Below are positions 1 through 11,084 of a stretch of 64,000 bases of DNA, one piece after another. The notes beneath the pieces were generated by a model, which saw nothing but the letters and a program-made list of their open reading frames with translations, was not told where the DNA came from and ran no database searches. The translations under genes were made by a program, and so were the position numbers. Origin of the DNA: Spirochaetia bacterium (lineage in GTDB: Bacteria; Spirochaetota; Spirochaetia; SZUA-6; Bin103). Location of the stretch: positions 1,856,001 through 1,920,000 of the forward strand of contig CBDAOI010000004.1 in the NCBI GenBank assembly GCA_965198005.1. Reading direction: 5' to 3'. The stretch's first letter is position 1. Each line of letters starts with the position of its first letter.

Positions 1-2
1 CG

Positions 3-113
3 GTGCTGCTGCAGCCGGGCGCCGGCAATCCCGCCGCGCGCGCCTTCCTCGACTTCCTGCGCACGCCGGCCGCACGCGCGGTGATCGCCCGCTACGGATA
101 CGGCGCCCGATGA
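3..113 (+). CDS. modA: Molybdate ABC transporter binding protein, 3' end only (runs off window)
   Basis: Frame 3 reads VLLQPGAGNPAARAFLDFLRTPAARAVIARYGYGAR*, a typical ModA C-terminus, directly upstream of modB. Confidence 0.75.
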   Translation: MLLQPGAGNPAARAFLDFLRTPAARAVIARYGYGAR

Positions 114-134
114 CGGGCCGGCGCGGACCGGCCG

Positions 135-821
135 GTGGCTGACCTGCCGGCGCTGTGGCCGCCGATCTGGCTCACCCTGCGCCTGGCGGTGGTGTCCACC
201 GCGGTGCTGCTGGTGGTGAGCACGCCGGTCGCCTGGTGGCTGGCGCGTTCGCCGGCCCGGTGGAAGGAGGCGGTGGGCGCGGTGGTGGCGCTGCCGCTGG
301 TGCTGCCGCCCACGGTGCTCGGCTTCTACCTGCTGGTGGCGCTGGGACCGAACGGCCCCGGCGGCTGGATCGCGGGTCTGTTCGGCGGCCGCTCGCTGGC
401 GTTCACCTTCACCGGGCTGGTGGCGGGCTCGGTGGTCTATTCCCTGCCGTTTGTGGTGCAGCCGATTCGCAACGCGTTCGAGGCGTTCGGGGACCGCCCG
501 CTGGACGTCGCGGCCACCCTGCGCGCCACGCCGTGGGACGCGTTCTGGAGCGTGGCGGTGCCGCTGGCGCGCCCCGGCTTCGTGAGCGGCGCGGTGCTGG
601 GCTTCGCGCACACGGTCGGGGAGTTCGGCGTGGTGCTGATGATCGGCGGCAACATACCCGGCAGGACGCGCGTGCTGTCGGTGGCCGTGTTCGAGTACGT
701 CGAGACCCTGCAGTGGCAGGCCGCGCACCTGCTGGCCGGCGGCATGCTGGCGTTCGCGTTCCTGGTGATCCTGGCGATGCTGCTGCTGGAGCGGCGCAGC
801 TCCCGGCGGGCGCTGCGATGA
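135..821 (+). CDS. modB: Molybdate ABC transporter permease
   Basis: [29 protein letters not shown] motifs; hydrophobic, 228 aa. Confidence 0.95.
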   Translation: MADLPALWPPIWLTLRLAVVSTAVLLVVSTPVAWWLARSPARWKEAVGAVVALPLVLPPTVLGFYLLVALGPNGPGGWIAGLFGGRSLAFTFTGLVAGSVVYSLPFVVQPIRNAFEAFGDRPLDVAATLRATPWDAFWSVAVPLARPGFVSGAVLGFAHTVGEFGVVLMIGGNIPGRTRVLSVAVFEYVETLQWQAAHLLAGGMLAFAFLVILAMLLLERRSSRRALR

Positions 822-1990
822 GCGGGGCTGCGATGACCGGAGGCGTGCCGGCGCCGCCGCCGCTGGACGCAGGCCCGATGCTGGAGGCCGCCCTGGCCGG
901 CACCCTCGGCAGCTTCCGCCTGCAGGCATCGTTTCGGGTGCCGATGCACGGTGTCACCGCGCTGTTCGGCCCTTCCGGGTGCGGCAAGACCACCATCCTG
1001 CGCTGCATCGCCGGCCTGCAGCACCTGCCGGGCCGGCTGCAGGTGGGCGGCGCGCTGTGGCAGGACCACGCCCGCGGCGTGTTCGTGCAACCGCACCGGC
1101 GCGCGGTGGGATACGTGTTTCAGGAGCCGAGCCTGTTCCCGCATCTTTCGGTGCGCGGCAACCTGTTGTACGGCGCGCGCCGCGCCGGCGGGCTCGGCAA
1201 CGGGCTCGACTTCGACGCTGCGGTGGACCTGCTCGGCCTGCGCGCCCTGCTCGAGCGCATGCCGGCGGCGCTGTCGGGCGGCGAGCGGCAGCGGGTGGCG
1301 GTGGGCCGGGCGCTGCTGGCGCGGCCCCGTCTGCTGCTGATGGACGAGCCGCTCTCCGCCCTCGATCAGCCCGCCCGCGAAGAGATCCTGACCTGTTTCG
1401 AGACCGTGCACCGGGAGCTGTCGGTGCCGATCGTCTACGTCAGCCACGACCTCGCGGAGGTGGCCCGGTTGGCCGATCACCTGGTGGTGTTGGCGGCTGG
1501 GAGCACGGTCGCGGCCGGACCACTGCGGGAGCTGCTGGAGCGGCTCGATCTACAGCCCGCCGCCGGACTGGTCGCCGCCGAGGTGGTGCTGGACGCCACC
1601 GTCGCCGCGCACGACCGGCGCTACCACCTGACCCGCCTCGACCATCACGGCCAGACCATTACCGTGCCGCTGGTCGAGCTGACCGTGGGCGACGGGGTGC
1701 GGGTCCGCATCAAGGCGCGCGACGTGGCCCTGACCACGCGCCGGCCGCGGGCGATCAGCATTCGCAACGTGTTGGCCGGCACCGTGACCGAGCTGCGCGC
1801 CGAGCCCGGCACCGCCTACGCCGAGGCGCTGGTGGACATCGGCGGCGGGCGGCTGCGGGCGCAGATCACCCGCGCCGCGGCCGACGAGCTGAAACTGAGA
1901 ATCGGGACGCCGGTGTTCGCGCTGATCAAGAGCGTCTCCCTGGACCGACGGGCCACGGGACAAGTTCAGTTCAAGGGATATGACGAATGA
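818..1990 (+). CDS. modC: Molybdate ABC transporter ATP-binding protein with TOBE domain
   Basis: [23 protein letters not shown]-terminal SIRNVL...ALIKSV; ATG at 818 overlaps the modB stop (ATGA). Confidence 0.93.
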   Translation: MSGAAMTGGVPAPPPLDAGPMLEAALAGTLGSFRLQASFRVPMHGVTALFGPSGCGKTTILRCIAGLQHLPGRLQVGGALWQDHARGVFVQPHRRAVGYVFQEPSLFPHLSVRGNLLYGARRAGGLGNGLDFDAAVDLLGLRALLERMPAALSGGERQRVAVGRALLARPRLLLMDEPLSALDQPAREEILTCFETVHRELSVPIVYVSHDLAEVARLADHLVVLAAGSTVAAGPLRELLERLDLQPAAGLVAAEVVLDATVAAHDRRYHLTRLDHHGQTITVPLVELTVGDGVRVRIKARDVALTTRRPRAISIRNVLAGTVTELRAEPGTAYAEALVDIGGGRLRAQITRAAADELKLRIGTPVFALIKSVSLDRRATGQVQFKGYDE

Positions 1991-2017
1991 GGATCACTTA
2001 GGATCACCGATGAGGGG

Positions 2018-2113
2018 TCACCACTCGGTCAGCAGAAACTCGCGGATGTGAACGTGGTGGATGCCCTTCTGCCCTGCTCCGATGACGGGATCCATCGAGA
2101 CCACGAACTTCGG
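2018..2113 (-). pseudogene. C-terminal remnant of an AAA/DUF4143-type ATP-binding protein
   Basis: Minus strand reads PKFVVSMDPVIGAGQKGIHHVHIREFLLTEW*, resembling the PKxVxSMD...GIxHxxIRxFLL tail of that family; no upstream part present. Confidence 0.5.
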
Positions 2114-2229
2114 GACGAGCACGACGTGCACGACGTGCTGATTCCGACGGGCAGGGAACAACGCCACCGCCCTTCGCACCAATCCCGTTCATCCTGAAAC
2201 TCCCGTCAGAGGTCCTCCTGAGTAGTTAC

Positions 2230-3228
2230 CGAATATGACCTTAAATCACCCTTCTCCCCCTTGTCTTTCATGATAGGTAGGCTGGCTAAAAGCTGGGAAA
2301 CGCCTGACGATACAACGATTATCTTCAACATCCGGCAGGGCGTTCACTGGCATAATAAGGCGCCGATGAACGGTCGGGAGCTAACCGCCGATGATGTCGA
2401 GTACAACTTCCACCGCATGACGGGTATGGGCAAGTTTGCCGACGCCGGACCCGTCCCGTTTGGTGGCGCAGCCAATCTCGTCTCCATACCATGGGAATCG
2501 ATAACGGCCACCGACAAATATACGGTTGTTATACATAATGCCTCCCGAAGTGATCGAGCAACTACCGGACCCTGGATGCTGGCTGACATAGTCGATGGGA
2601 GCTCTATAACCTATTCCAAGAATCCTGACTACTGGGGCTACGACGAAAAATACCCGCAGAACCGCTTGCCCTATGCCGACGATCTCAGGTGGCTGATTTT
2701 TCCAGAGTCAACAACAGCTGTGGCAGCACTACGCTCAGGCAAGCTTGATTTCAGTCGGTTTGTTTCTACTCTCGACTCGGTACTGAGTCTGGAGCGGACC
2801 AACCCGGAAATCGCGGCCCACGCGATTTGGTTTCGGTCGGATGTCGCTCTTGCTACTGACGTGCGCAAGCCGCCCTTCGATGACATCCGCGTGCGCAGGG
2901 CGATGCAGATGGCACTGGAGGTTGGTATCGCTCGGATGCACAGTGGAACCGCCCCGGATCCCAGTGGCCTGAGTTGGACGCCATGGTTGACGCCGCCCTA
3001 GCCGCTACCACCATGGAGGAGCAGGAGAGGCTGATTGCAGAGGCAGACATGTACGCTATAGAGAATCACTGGCAGATATGGGGTCCCAAGAGTCCATTCT
3101 TTATCTTGGCCCAGCCGTGGCTCGTAGGCTATGACGGTGAATCAGACGAAACCTTCGGAGACTATGTGCAAACTTTGTTTGCCCGCCTCTGGATTGACAG
3201 TGAGCTGAAGAAAGCAATGGGTCATTAG
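2230..3228 (+). pseudogene. Family-5 (Opp/Dpp-type) ABC substrate-binding protein, 5'-truncated with several internal deletions and frameshifts
   Basis: Collinear pieces matching the 14147-15939 paralog (IRQGVHWHNKAPMNGRELTA, NPDYWGYD, KPPFDDIRVRRAMQMAL, WIDSELKKAMGH*), with blocks missing near 2530-2565 and 2915-2980. Confidence 0.85.
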
Positions 3229-3327
3229 TGCCTGCTCTCGGGGATAACTGAAGCGTCTAACGGAGCTGGGGGGCTCAAACCCCCCGGGTTTCGGAGTATA
3301 TACCGCGATGGCAGGAAGTAGTGTGAT

Positions 3328-3783
3328 ATGAGGGCCTATATCATCAGGCGGTTATTGCTGATGATCCCCATTTTGTTCATATTGAGCATTCTGGTATTTT
3401 TTTCGGTTCGCTTCATACCCGGCGATGTCATAAACACAATGTTGGGTAAGGGGGAATTCTATGGTGAGGTGAAACGTGAAGCTCTTGAGCGTATGCTGGG
3501 ATTGGACGTGCCTGTGCATGTGCAGTATGGACGCTGGATAGGAGTGTTGCCGACCCCTGACTGGGTTACCGGTGAGTCCCACTTCAAAGGTCTCCTCCAG
3601 GGCAGCCTTGGCCACTCACTACTTGGCAGCCGGGAGGCGGTGGAGGAGAAGATAGTAGATAGACTGCCAGTGACCATTGAGCTTGGTGTCCTGGCAATGG
3701 TGATTGGTCTGGTGATAGCGGTGCCAGTCGGCATCTACTCGGCGATTCGCCAGGATACAGCCACCGACTACGCTGCGCGTACT
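3328..3783 (+). pseudogene. OppB/DppB-type permease, 3'-truncated
   Basis: MRAYIIRRLLLMIP...GIYSAIRQDTATDYAART closely matches 16164-17167, then homology stops at a fused HTH fragment. Confidence 0.85.
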
Positions 3784-3975
3784 CTTGAGTGTCCCCAAGG
3801 GCACGCCGATAGTTCTGGCGAAGGCGGGTTGTGACAGCCCCGTCTTGCCGCGGATGGAGCAGACATCGGGCTCGGGCACCTCAATGTCGTGCATTCCGAA
3901 CCCGTCTCGCTCGCCATTCAAATAGGCGTGTGCATCCTCAAGCCCGGCCATAACTCTATTGAATGCCGTGCTCAT
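3781..3975 (-). pseudogene. HigA/YiaG-type HTH antitoxin, truncated within the HTH
   Basis: MSTAFNRVMAGLEDAHAYL...DVCSIRGKTGLSQPAFARTIGVPLGTLK; the expected WEQG continuation is absent; GGAGG RBS upstream. Confidence 0.75.
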
Positions 3976-4067
3976 TTGCGCCTCCTGTAATCCCTCTACG
4001 ACAGAACCCCCTTGGCCGCCGCAAGATATGCGGGAGTCTCAACGACGGTCCGGAACGCCCCGTGCAT
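3972..4067 (-). pseudogene. HigB (RelE/ParE-family) toxin remnant
   Basis: Reads MHGAFRTVVETPAYLAAAKGVLS*RDYRRRK*: N-terminal TVVETPAY motif joined to the last residues, with the stop overlapping the antitoxin ATG. Confidence 0.65.
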
Positions 4068-4230
4068 TGTGCGAGTATAGGCGCCCCTGGCGCCGGCGTC
4101 AACGGCGCGAGAACACGCTGCCGGTGTGCTCGGGGTGTCGCCAGGTCACCGGCACGCCGTTTCCGCGACGCGGGCGACGCGACGCGACGCGAACGTTGAA
4201 CAGGTACCGGATTCGCACTACGATGCCTGC

Positions 4231-6126
4231 ATGACCGACGCTACGCCCACGCTGGAAATCCGCGATCACCTCGACCGGGAATACGACGACGTCTATACGC
4301 CGGCGGTGCTGGACGCGCTGCACGCCCTGGCCGGCTTCAACCGGCGCCGCCGCGCGCTCATGCGTGAGCGGATCGAACGCCGCGCCCGGCGCGCGCGGGA
4401 GGGACGCCGGATCGACTTCCCGGATCCTGCCGAGACCATCCCGGGCACCGCCATCGCGGTGCGGGCGGCGCGCGCCGGCGCGTTCAGCGGCAGCGAGATC
4501 CCGCACGACCTGCAGCGGCAGTGGATTCAGGGCACCGGCCCCGGCGCCAAGCCCAACGCCCCGCTGGCGCGCAGCATCCGCAACGTGGCCTACGCGCTGC
4601 TCTCCGGCGCCGACGGCTGGATGTTCGACGGTGAGGACGCGCTCGGCCAGATCACCACGATGTCGCTGGACAACCAGCGCAATCTGCGGCTGGCCATCGC
4701 CGGCGACCCGCAGTTTCACGCCGCGGCCGAGCAGGTGGCGGGGGAGATGAACCGGTGGGCGGAGCAGTTCTTCGGCCGCGCGATCGTCACCGACTGGCGG
4801 CGGCAGCTCGGCTTCACCACCAGGATCTTCCGTGCGCGCGGGCTCCATCTCGACGACCGGCACGTGCGCGCGGCGGGCGGAGCCGGGTTCTCGGCCGCGA
4901 TCGTGGACGCCGCGATGTACGTGGTGCACAACCAGGAGCGGCTGCGGGAGCAGGGTTCGTCGGTGGTGCTGTACCTGCCGAAGATCCAGACCGCCGGCGA
5001 GGCGGCGCTCTGGAACGACCTGCTGAGCGCCCTGGAGAGCCACCTCGGGCTGAGCACCGGCACCGTCAAGACCTACGTGCTGGTCGAGCAGCTCGAGGCT
5101 TCCTATCAACTGATGGAGATCCGCGCGGCCCTGGGCCGCCACTTCGTCGGCTACAACACCGGCCGCTGGGACTACATCAACAGCGTGGCCGACGCCATGG
5201 CCTGGGACCGGGCGTTCGTCAATCCCAACATCGACGCGATCGCAATGACCTACGGCTACATGCGCAACTACGAGGACCGCGTGCGGCGCGCGGTCAACAC
5301 GCCGGACCGGAACCGCAACTACGCCCTCTGGCAGGGCGGCATGGAGCCCAACATCCCGGTCGGCTCGCCGGCGGGGGTGGAGGCGTCGATGCGCAAGGCG
5401 GTGGCCGCCGCCGAGCGCGAGCAGCGCGCGGGCGCCAGCGGCAAGTGGGTGGCGCACTGGAAGATGGTCCACATCGTGCGCCCCGTGTGGGAACGGACCG
5501 GTGAGGTCAATCAGCTCGGCCGTGAGTTTCCGCCGCTCACCTACACCGAGGACGACTCGCGCGCGCTGACCGAGTTGGAGGACGCGCCGCGCACGGTCCG
5601 GGGCGCGCGCGACCTGCTCAGCGTCGCGCTGCAGTACGGCAACGCGTTCGGCCAGGGCATGCAGGCCGCGGCCCTCAAGCCGGCGGACTCGTTCGGCGAC
5701 GACGACGTGCTGTACCTCATGGAGGACATGGCCACCGGCGAGATCCGCCTCAGCATCCTCTGGGAGTGGATCCACAAGGGCGCCACCCTGACCGCGGACG
5801 ATCCGGAACTCGGCCTGGCGGCGGGCGAGCGGTTCACGCGCGCCACGTTCGAACGGCTGCTGGCCGAGGAGTACGACAAGCTGCAGGCGGCGGACGACCG
5901 CGACGTGCACGACGATTCCAAGCGCACCACGCTCCCGATCGCGCACGCGATCGCGGACGCCTACGTGCTCGACGGCACCAAGGCGCCGTGGTACGTCGAC
6001 CTGCTCAACCTCAACCTCAACAACGCCGACCTCGACGAGGCGCACCGCCGCATCCGCAGCTACCTCGACGCATTCCGCCGCGACGGCACCCGGATCACCG
6101 AAAACCTCGACTTCACCGTGGGGTAG
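4231..6126 (+). CDS. Malate synthase
   Basis: WMFDGED, IFRARGLHL, LYLPKIQ, NTGRWDYINS, GKWVAH, LMEDMATGEI motifs. Confidence 0.85.
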   Translation: MTDATPTLEIRDHLDREYDDVYTPAVLDALHALAGFNRRRRALMRERIERRARRAREGRRIDFPDPAETIPGTAIAVRAARAGAFSGSEIPHDLQRQWIQGTGPGAKPNAPLARSIRNVAYALLSGADGWMFDGEDALGQITTMSLDNQRNLRLAIAGDPQFHAAAEQVAGEMNRWAEQFFGRAIVTDWRRQLGFTTRIFRARGLHLDDRHVRAAGGAGFSAAIVDAAMYVVHNQERLREQGSSVVLYLPKIQTAGEAALWNDLLSALESHLGLSTGTVKTYVLVEQLEASYQLMEIRAALGRHFVGYNTGRWDYINSVADAMAWDRAFVNPNIDAIAMTYGYMRNYEDRVRRAVNTPDRNRNYALWQGGMEPNIPVGSPAGVEASMRKAVAAAEREQRAGASGKWVAHWKMVHIVRPVWERTGEVNQLGREFPPLTYTEDDSRALTELEDAPRTVRGARDLLSVALQYGNAFGQGMQAAALKPADSFGDDDVLYLMEDMATGEIRLSILWEWIHKGATLTADDPELGLAAGERFTRATFERLLAEEYDKLQAADDRDVHDDSKRTTLPIAHAIADAYVLDGTKAPWYVDLLNLNLNNADLDEAHRRIRSYLDAFRRDGTRITENLDFTVG

Positions 6127-6247
6127 GACTCGGCGCAGCGTACGGCGACTGCCTACGGATTGGGACGGCTGACTCCGCCGCCGGAAGCATCGCTACTTGA
6201 CCGCGGATGGAAGGGGTAGGTGCGCCGCAGGGGCAGCAACGATCGTG

Positions 6248-8047
6248 TCACAGCAGCCGCTCCAGCTCGGTGACGTGGGTGGCGAAGGTGTCCAGCGCGT
6301 GCTGCACCGGCTGCGGGCTGCTCATGTCCACCCCGGCGAGGCGCAGGGACTCGAACGGGTAGCGTGAACCGCCCGAGCGCAGGAACGCCAAGTACTGGTC
6401 GCGCTCGGCGGCGCCGCCGCCTTGCACCCGCTGCGCCAAAGCCACCGCCGCCGACAGGCCGGTGGCGTACTTGTACACGTAGAAGGCGCGGTAGAAGTGC
6501 GGAATGCGCAGCCCCTCCAGATCGCTCTCCGGCTCCGGTTCCAGCTCCGGTCCGAAGTACCGCTCCAGCAGGCCGCGATAAGTGGCGCGCAACGAGTCCA
6601 CCGTAAGCGGCTCGCCGCGCTCGGCCAGCTCGTGGGTGAGGTGCTCGAACTCCGCGAACATCGTCTGGCGGTAGACCGTGGCGATGATGTCGTCGGCCTG
6701 CTTGCCGATCAGATAGGCGCGCAGGTCGGCGCGGTCGGCGCGCTGCATCAGGGAGGTGAACAGGAGCTGCTCGTTGAAGGTGGAGGCGACTTCCGCCTCG
6801 AAGATGCTGTAGCCGTAGTGCTGGATCGGGTTGCTGCGGGCGCTGTGCCACGAATGCATCGAGTGCCCCGCCTCGTGGGCGAGGGTGAATACGTCGCGCA
6901 GCACGTCCTGCTTGAAGTTCATGAGGATGTAGGGATCGCCGACGTAGGAGCCGGCCGAAAACGCGCCGGAGCGCTTGCCCTTGTTTTCGTAGCGGTCGAC
7001 CCAGCCGCCGAGCAGGCCGGAGCGCAGGGTGGCGCAGTAGTCGTCGCCGAGCGGGCGCAGCGCGTCGATCACCACGTCCACCGCCTGCTCGTAGGTGTGC
7101 CGCACCTGGACGTCCCGCACCAGCGGCACATAGACGTCGTAATGCCGCAGCCGCTCCACCCCGAGCGCGTGCCGGCGCAGTCCGTAGTAGGCGTGGAGCT
7201 GCTCCAGGTTGGCGTGCACGGTGGCCACCAGGTTGTCGTACACCTCGGGGCCGACCCGGTCCGGGAACAGCGCCGCGGCGCGCGACGATGGGTAGTTGCG
7301 CGCGCGGGCGCGGTAGATGTCGAGCTGCACGCTGCCGGCGTAGAGCGCCGCCAGGGTGTTCTTGTGCTGGTCGAAGTGGGCGTAGAACTGCCGGTAGGCG
7401 CGTTCCCGCAGCGCGCGGTCGGGATGCAGCATGAACTGCGACCAGGTGGACTGGGTCAGGGGACGCGGCCCGTCGGGAGTGTCGATGGTGCCGAAGTCAA
7501 GATCGACGTCGGTGAGGGCGGTAAACGCCTTGTGCGCGGTCTCGTTGGCCTCGATCTGCATCGCCAGCAGCCGTTCCTGCGGTTCGCTGAGGACGTGCGG
7601 CTTGAACCGCAGCAGCTTGCGCAGGGAGATGCCGAACTCGGCCAGCGTGGGGTCGGCCAGAAACTGCTCCATCAGCGCATCGGGAATCGCCTGGATCTCG
7701 GGGGGGACGTAGCTGCGCTCGGTCGCGGCGCGGCTGGCCACGTTGAGGTAGCGCGCGAAGCGCGCCTGATTGTCGCTGGCGCCGGCATCTTCGCTGCTGC
7801 GCAGTTGGGCGTAGTACCCGGCCCGCTCGTCCATCAGTTCCAGCTCGTTCAGGAATTCGAGGCAGGCGCGCAGCGCGGCCGGGGACTGGCCGAGGGTGCC
7901 CTTGAAGGCCGCGATGCGCGGCAGCATCGCCTCGTATTCGGCGATGCCCCGTTCCCAGGCGGCGGCGGAGGGGAACAGCCGGGTGAGGTCCCACTGATCC
8001 GCCGCGGGGACTTCGCTCCGTTGGGGAATGGTTACGGTGTCGCTCAT
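6248..8047 (-). CDS. pepF: Oligoendopeptidase F (M3B)
   Basis: WDLTRLF N-terminus, KGKRSGAFS, HEAGHSMH zinc motif, EVASTFNE, RIPHFY..FYVYKYATG. Confidence 0.93.
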   Translation of the reverse strand: MSDTVTIPQRSEVPAADQWDLTRLFPSAAAWERGIAEYEAMLPRIAAFKGTLGQSPAALRACLEFLNELELMDERAGYYAQLRSSEDAGASDNQARFARYLNVASRAATERSYVPPEIQAIPDALMEQFLADPTLAEFGISLRKLLRFKPHVLSEPQERLLAMQIEANETAHKAFTALTDVDLDFGTIDTPDGPRPLTQSTWSQFMLHPDRALRERAYRQFYAHFDQHKNTLAALYAGSVQLDIYRARARNYPSSRAAALFPDRVGPEVYDNLVATVHANLEQLHAYYGLRRHALGVERLRHYDVYVPLVRDVQVRHTYEQAVDVVIDALRPLGDDYCATLRSGLLGGWVDRYENKGKRSGAFSAGSYVGDPYILMNFKQDVLRDVFTLAHEAGHSMHSWHSARSNPIQHYGYSIFEAEVASTFNEQLLFTSLMQRADRADLRAYLIGKQADDIIATVYRQTMFAEFEHLTHELAERGEPLTVDSLRATYRGLLERYFGPELEPEPESDLEGLRIPHFYRAFYVYKYATGLSAAVALAQRVQGGGAAERDQYLAFLRSGGSRYPFESLRLAGVDMSSPQPVQHALDTFATHVTELERLL

Positions 8048-8220
8048 GGTCGTGCGGGTTGCATGGTGGCGGCCAGGGGGGCGCGCGGCAACCCAGGTTG
8101 AGGCGCGCGGCGGGGGCGGCGCGGGTGCGTTTCGTGGCGGCCGTCGGCGGCCCGGTGCGGCCGGGTCGGCCGGGTCTGTGTTCTGGAAACGGCGGGGCGT
8201 TTGGGTGCACACTGGCGCCC

Positions 8221-9321
8221 ATGAAGAGCTACCAGTTGATCGAATGGGGCCAGCCGCTCGAAGCGCGCACCTATCCCACGCCCGACCCGCAGGGCACCGA
8301 GGTGCTGGTGGAGCTCGAGGTGTGCGGGGTGTGTCACAGCGACCTGCATATTCAGGAGGGATTTTTCAACTTGGGCCGGGGGCGCAAGAAGGTGCTCGCC
8401 GATCAGGGGGTGGTGCTGCCCCTGACCATGGGGCACGAGCCGGTCGGCCGGGTGGCCGCGGTCGGGCCCGACCTGGGCGCCGCCGCGGCGGCGGGGGTCC
8501 CGATCGGCGCGCCGCGGGTGGTGTGGCCGTGGGTGGGCTGCCGCCGGTGCGCGGCCTGCACCCGCGGCGAGGACATCCTGTGCGAGCGCGGGCGCTACCT
8601 GGGCGCGCGCGTGGACGGCGGCTACAGCGACTACATGCTGGTGCCGCATCCCTGCTACCTGCAGCCGTACGACGGGGTGGAGCCGGAGGTGGTCGCCACC
8701 TACGCCTGCGCCGGCATCACCGGCTACGCGGCGGTCAAGCGGGCGCTCACGGCCAATCCCTCCACGATGCGGACGCTCGGGCGGATCGGCGCCGGCGATG
8801 CCGTGTTGCTGGTCGGTGCCGGTGGAGTGGGGCTGAGCGCGTTGCGGATCGTGCGGGCGCTGACCGACGCAACCTTGATCGTGGCGGAGATCAGCGAGCA
8901 GAAGCGGCAGTTGGCGCTGGCCAACGGCGCGGACCAGGTAATCGACAGCACCGACCCGGAGGCGGGCCGCGCCCTCAAGGCGGCCACCGGGGCGGGGGTG
9001 GCCGCCTCGATCGACTTCGTCGGTCAGCCGGAGACCTCGCAACTGGGCATCGACTCCCTGCGGCGCGGCGGCACCCACGTGATCGTGGGGCTGTTCGGCG
9101 GTGCGCTGGACCTGCCGATGGGCGACTTCATCTACAAGTTGATGGTGGTGCGCGGCTCCCACCTCGGCACGCCGCAGGACCTGACCGAGTTGATCGAGTT
9201 GCGCCGCGCCGGCAGGATCGTGCCGCCGCCCATCGCCGTGCGGCCGCTGGCCGAGATCAACGACGTGCTGGCGACCATGACCGCAGGACACCTGGACGGT
9301 CGCGTGGTCGTGGCTCCGTAG
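8221..9321 (+). CDS. Zinc-binding alcohol dehydrogenase (MDR family)
   Basis: CGVCHSDLH, GHEPVG, CxxCxxC..C structural zinc site, GAGGVG Rossmann motif. Confidence 0.92.
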   Translation: MKSYQLIEWGQPLEARTYPTPDPQGTEVLVELEVCGVCHSDLHIQEGFFNLGRGRKKVLADQGVVLPLTMGHEPVGRVAAVGPDLGAAAAAGVPIGAPRVVWPWVGCRRCAACTRGEDILCERGRYLGARVDGGYSDYMLVPHPCYLQPYDGVEPEVVATYACAGITGYAAVKRALTANPSTMRTLGRIGAGDAVLLVGAGGVGLSALRIVRALTDATLIVAEISEQKRQLALANGADQVIDSTDPEAGRALKAATGAGVAASIDFVGQPETSQLGIDSLRRGGTHVIVGLFGGALDLPMGDFIYKLMVVRGSHLGTPQDLTELIELRRAGRIVPPPIAVRPLAEINDVLATMTAGHLDGRVVVAP

Positions 9322-9325
9322 GAGA

Positions 9326-11071
9326 GTGAGCGCACACTCCAATGAACGTGGCCGCGTAGGGCCGGGAGCGTTGCGCCGCGTCTTGCACGCGCATTGGCGC
9401 AGCATCGCGCTGTCCGCGGTCTCCGGCCTCGTGTTCTCGGCCACCATGCTGGTGCCCCCGCTCTACGTGCGTGGTCTGATCGCGGACATTACCGGCGCGC
9501 TACCCGGTGCCGGGGCCGGTGCCGACCTGAGCGCGGGCGCGGGGCGGGCGACCGGTCCCGGCGCCGCTTCGCTGGGCGTGATCGGCCTGGCGCTGGCGGG
9601 CGTGTTCGCGTTGCGCGGCGCCGCCCGCTACCTGTACGGCCAGAGTTCCCACACCGCCGCCTACGCGCTGCTGAGCGACCTGCTGGTCCGGGTGTACGAG
9701 CATCTGCAGCGGCTCTCGCACCGCTTCTTCGACCGGCAGCGCACCGGGGCGTTGCTCGCGCGCTCGGTGAGCGACGTGGAGGAGCTCGAGGACTTCGTCG
9801 CGCACGGGATTCCGGACTTGGTGCAGGCGTGCGCGATCCCGCTGGCGATGATCGTGGTGCTGATCGTGATCGACCCGCTGCTGACGCTGGTGGTGCTGCT
9901 GCCGCTGCCGCCGGCCGGGGTGGCGGTGCTGCTGCTGACACGCCACGTGCGCCGCGTCTGGCGCCGGGTGCGGGAACGGTTCGCGGCCATGGTCGCGACG
10001 GTCGAGGACAGCCTGCTGGGCATGAGCGAGATCAAGTCGTTCAACCGCGAGCGCCGGCAGACGCGACGGATCGCAGCGCTGAGCGGCGGCTACCGCGATT
10101 CGATGATCCGCGCCACGCGCATTTCGCTGCTGCCGGTGGCGCTGGTGGAGATGACCGGCGGGCTCGGCATCGTGCTGGCGGTGGTGTACGGCGGCGGCGC
10201 CGCGCTGCAGGGGACGATGGCGGTGGCCGACCTGTACGTGTTCGTGGCCTACCTCACCTTCATCTACCAGCCGTTTCTCAAGCTCGCCGACATCGGCGAG
10301 AGCCTGCACCGGGCCTGGGCCAGCTACTGCCGGATCGACGAGCTGTTGGCCGTGGAGCCGGACATCGTCAGTCCGCCCGGCGCGCTGCGGCCCGCGTCGT
10401 TGGCGGGATCCGTGGAGTTCGACGCCGTGTCGTTCGCCTACCAGCCGGGGGTGCCGGTGCTGGAGGAGGCGAGCTTCGCGGTCGAGCCGGGGGAGGTGGT
10501 GGCGCTGGTGGGCCCCACCGGAGTTGGCAAGACGACCGTGACCCGCCTCGTGCCGCGCTTCTACGATCCGCAGGCGGGGCGGGTGCTGGTGGGCGGCCAC
10601 GACGTGCGCACCCTGGATCTCGGCTATCTGCGCCGCCGGGTGGGGATCGTGAGCCAGGACGTGTTTTTGTTCCACGGCACGGTGCGCGACAACATCCTGT
10701 TCGGGCGCCCGGAGGCCGGCGACGCCGCGCTGCAGGCGGCCGCGCGTGCCGCCAACGCCGAGGAGTTCATCCGCGAGCTGCCGGACGGCTACGACGCGGT
10801 GGTGGGGGACCGCGGCGTGCGCCTGTCGGGCGGGCAGCGCCAGCGGGTCGCGATTGCGCGGGCGTTGCTCAAGGATGCCCCGCTCCTGATTCTCGACGAA
10901 GCGACCTCGGCGGTGGACGTGGCGACCGAGGCGCTGATTCAGGAGGCGCTGCTGCGCCTGCTGCGCGGGCGCACGGCGCTGATCATCGCCCACCGCCGGT
11001 CGACGATCGAACGGGCCGGGCGGCGGATCGAGCTGGCCGCGGGCCGCGTGGTGGAGCGGCAAACGGCGTAG
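9326..11071 (+). CDS. ABC exporter, fused permease/ATP-binding protein
   Basis: N-terminal TM domain, GPTGVGKT, LSGGQRQR, ILDEATS; 4 nt downstream of the ADH gene. Confidence 0.92.
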   Translation: MSAHSNERGRVGPGALRRVLHAHWRSIALSAVSGLVFSATMLVPPLYVRGLIADITGALPGAGAGADLSAGAGRATGPGAASLGVIGLALAGVFALRGAARYLYGQSSHTAAYALLSDLLVRVYEHLQRLSHRFFDRQRTGALLARSVSDVEELEDFVAHGIPDLVQACAIPLAMIVVLIVIDPLLTLVVLLPLPPAGVAVLLLTRHVRRVWRRVRERFAAMVATVEDSLLGMSEIKSFNRERRQTRRIAALSGGYRDSMIRATRISLLPVALVEMTGGLGIVLAVVYGGGAALQGTMAVADLYVFVAYLTFIYQPFLKLADIGESLHRAWASYCRIDELLAVEPDIVSPPGALRPASLAGSVEFDAVSFAYQPGVPVLEEASFAVEPGEVVALVGPTGVGKTTVTRLVPRFYDPQAGRVLVGGHDVRTLDLGYLRRRVGIVSQDVFLFHGTVRDNILFGRPEAGDAALQAAARAANAEEFIRELPDGYDAVVGDRGVRLSGGQRQRVAIARALLKDAPLLILDEATSAVDVATEALIQEALLRLLRGRTALIIAHRRSTIERAGRRIELAAGRVVERQTA

Positions 11072-11084
11072 CCGGGGACGCGGT

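Noticed and set aside
155-817. Long N-terminal extensions of modC, urtC, urtD, nagZ and lipM in the ORF track
   Set aside because: They overlap upstream genes in another frame; real starts sit at stop/start overlaps
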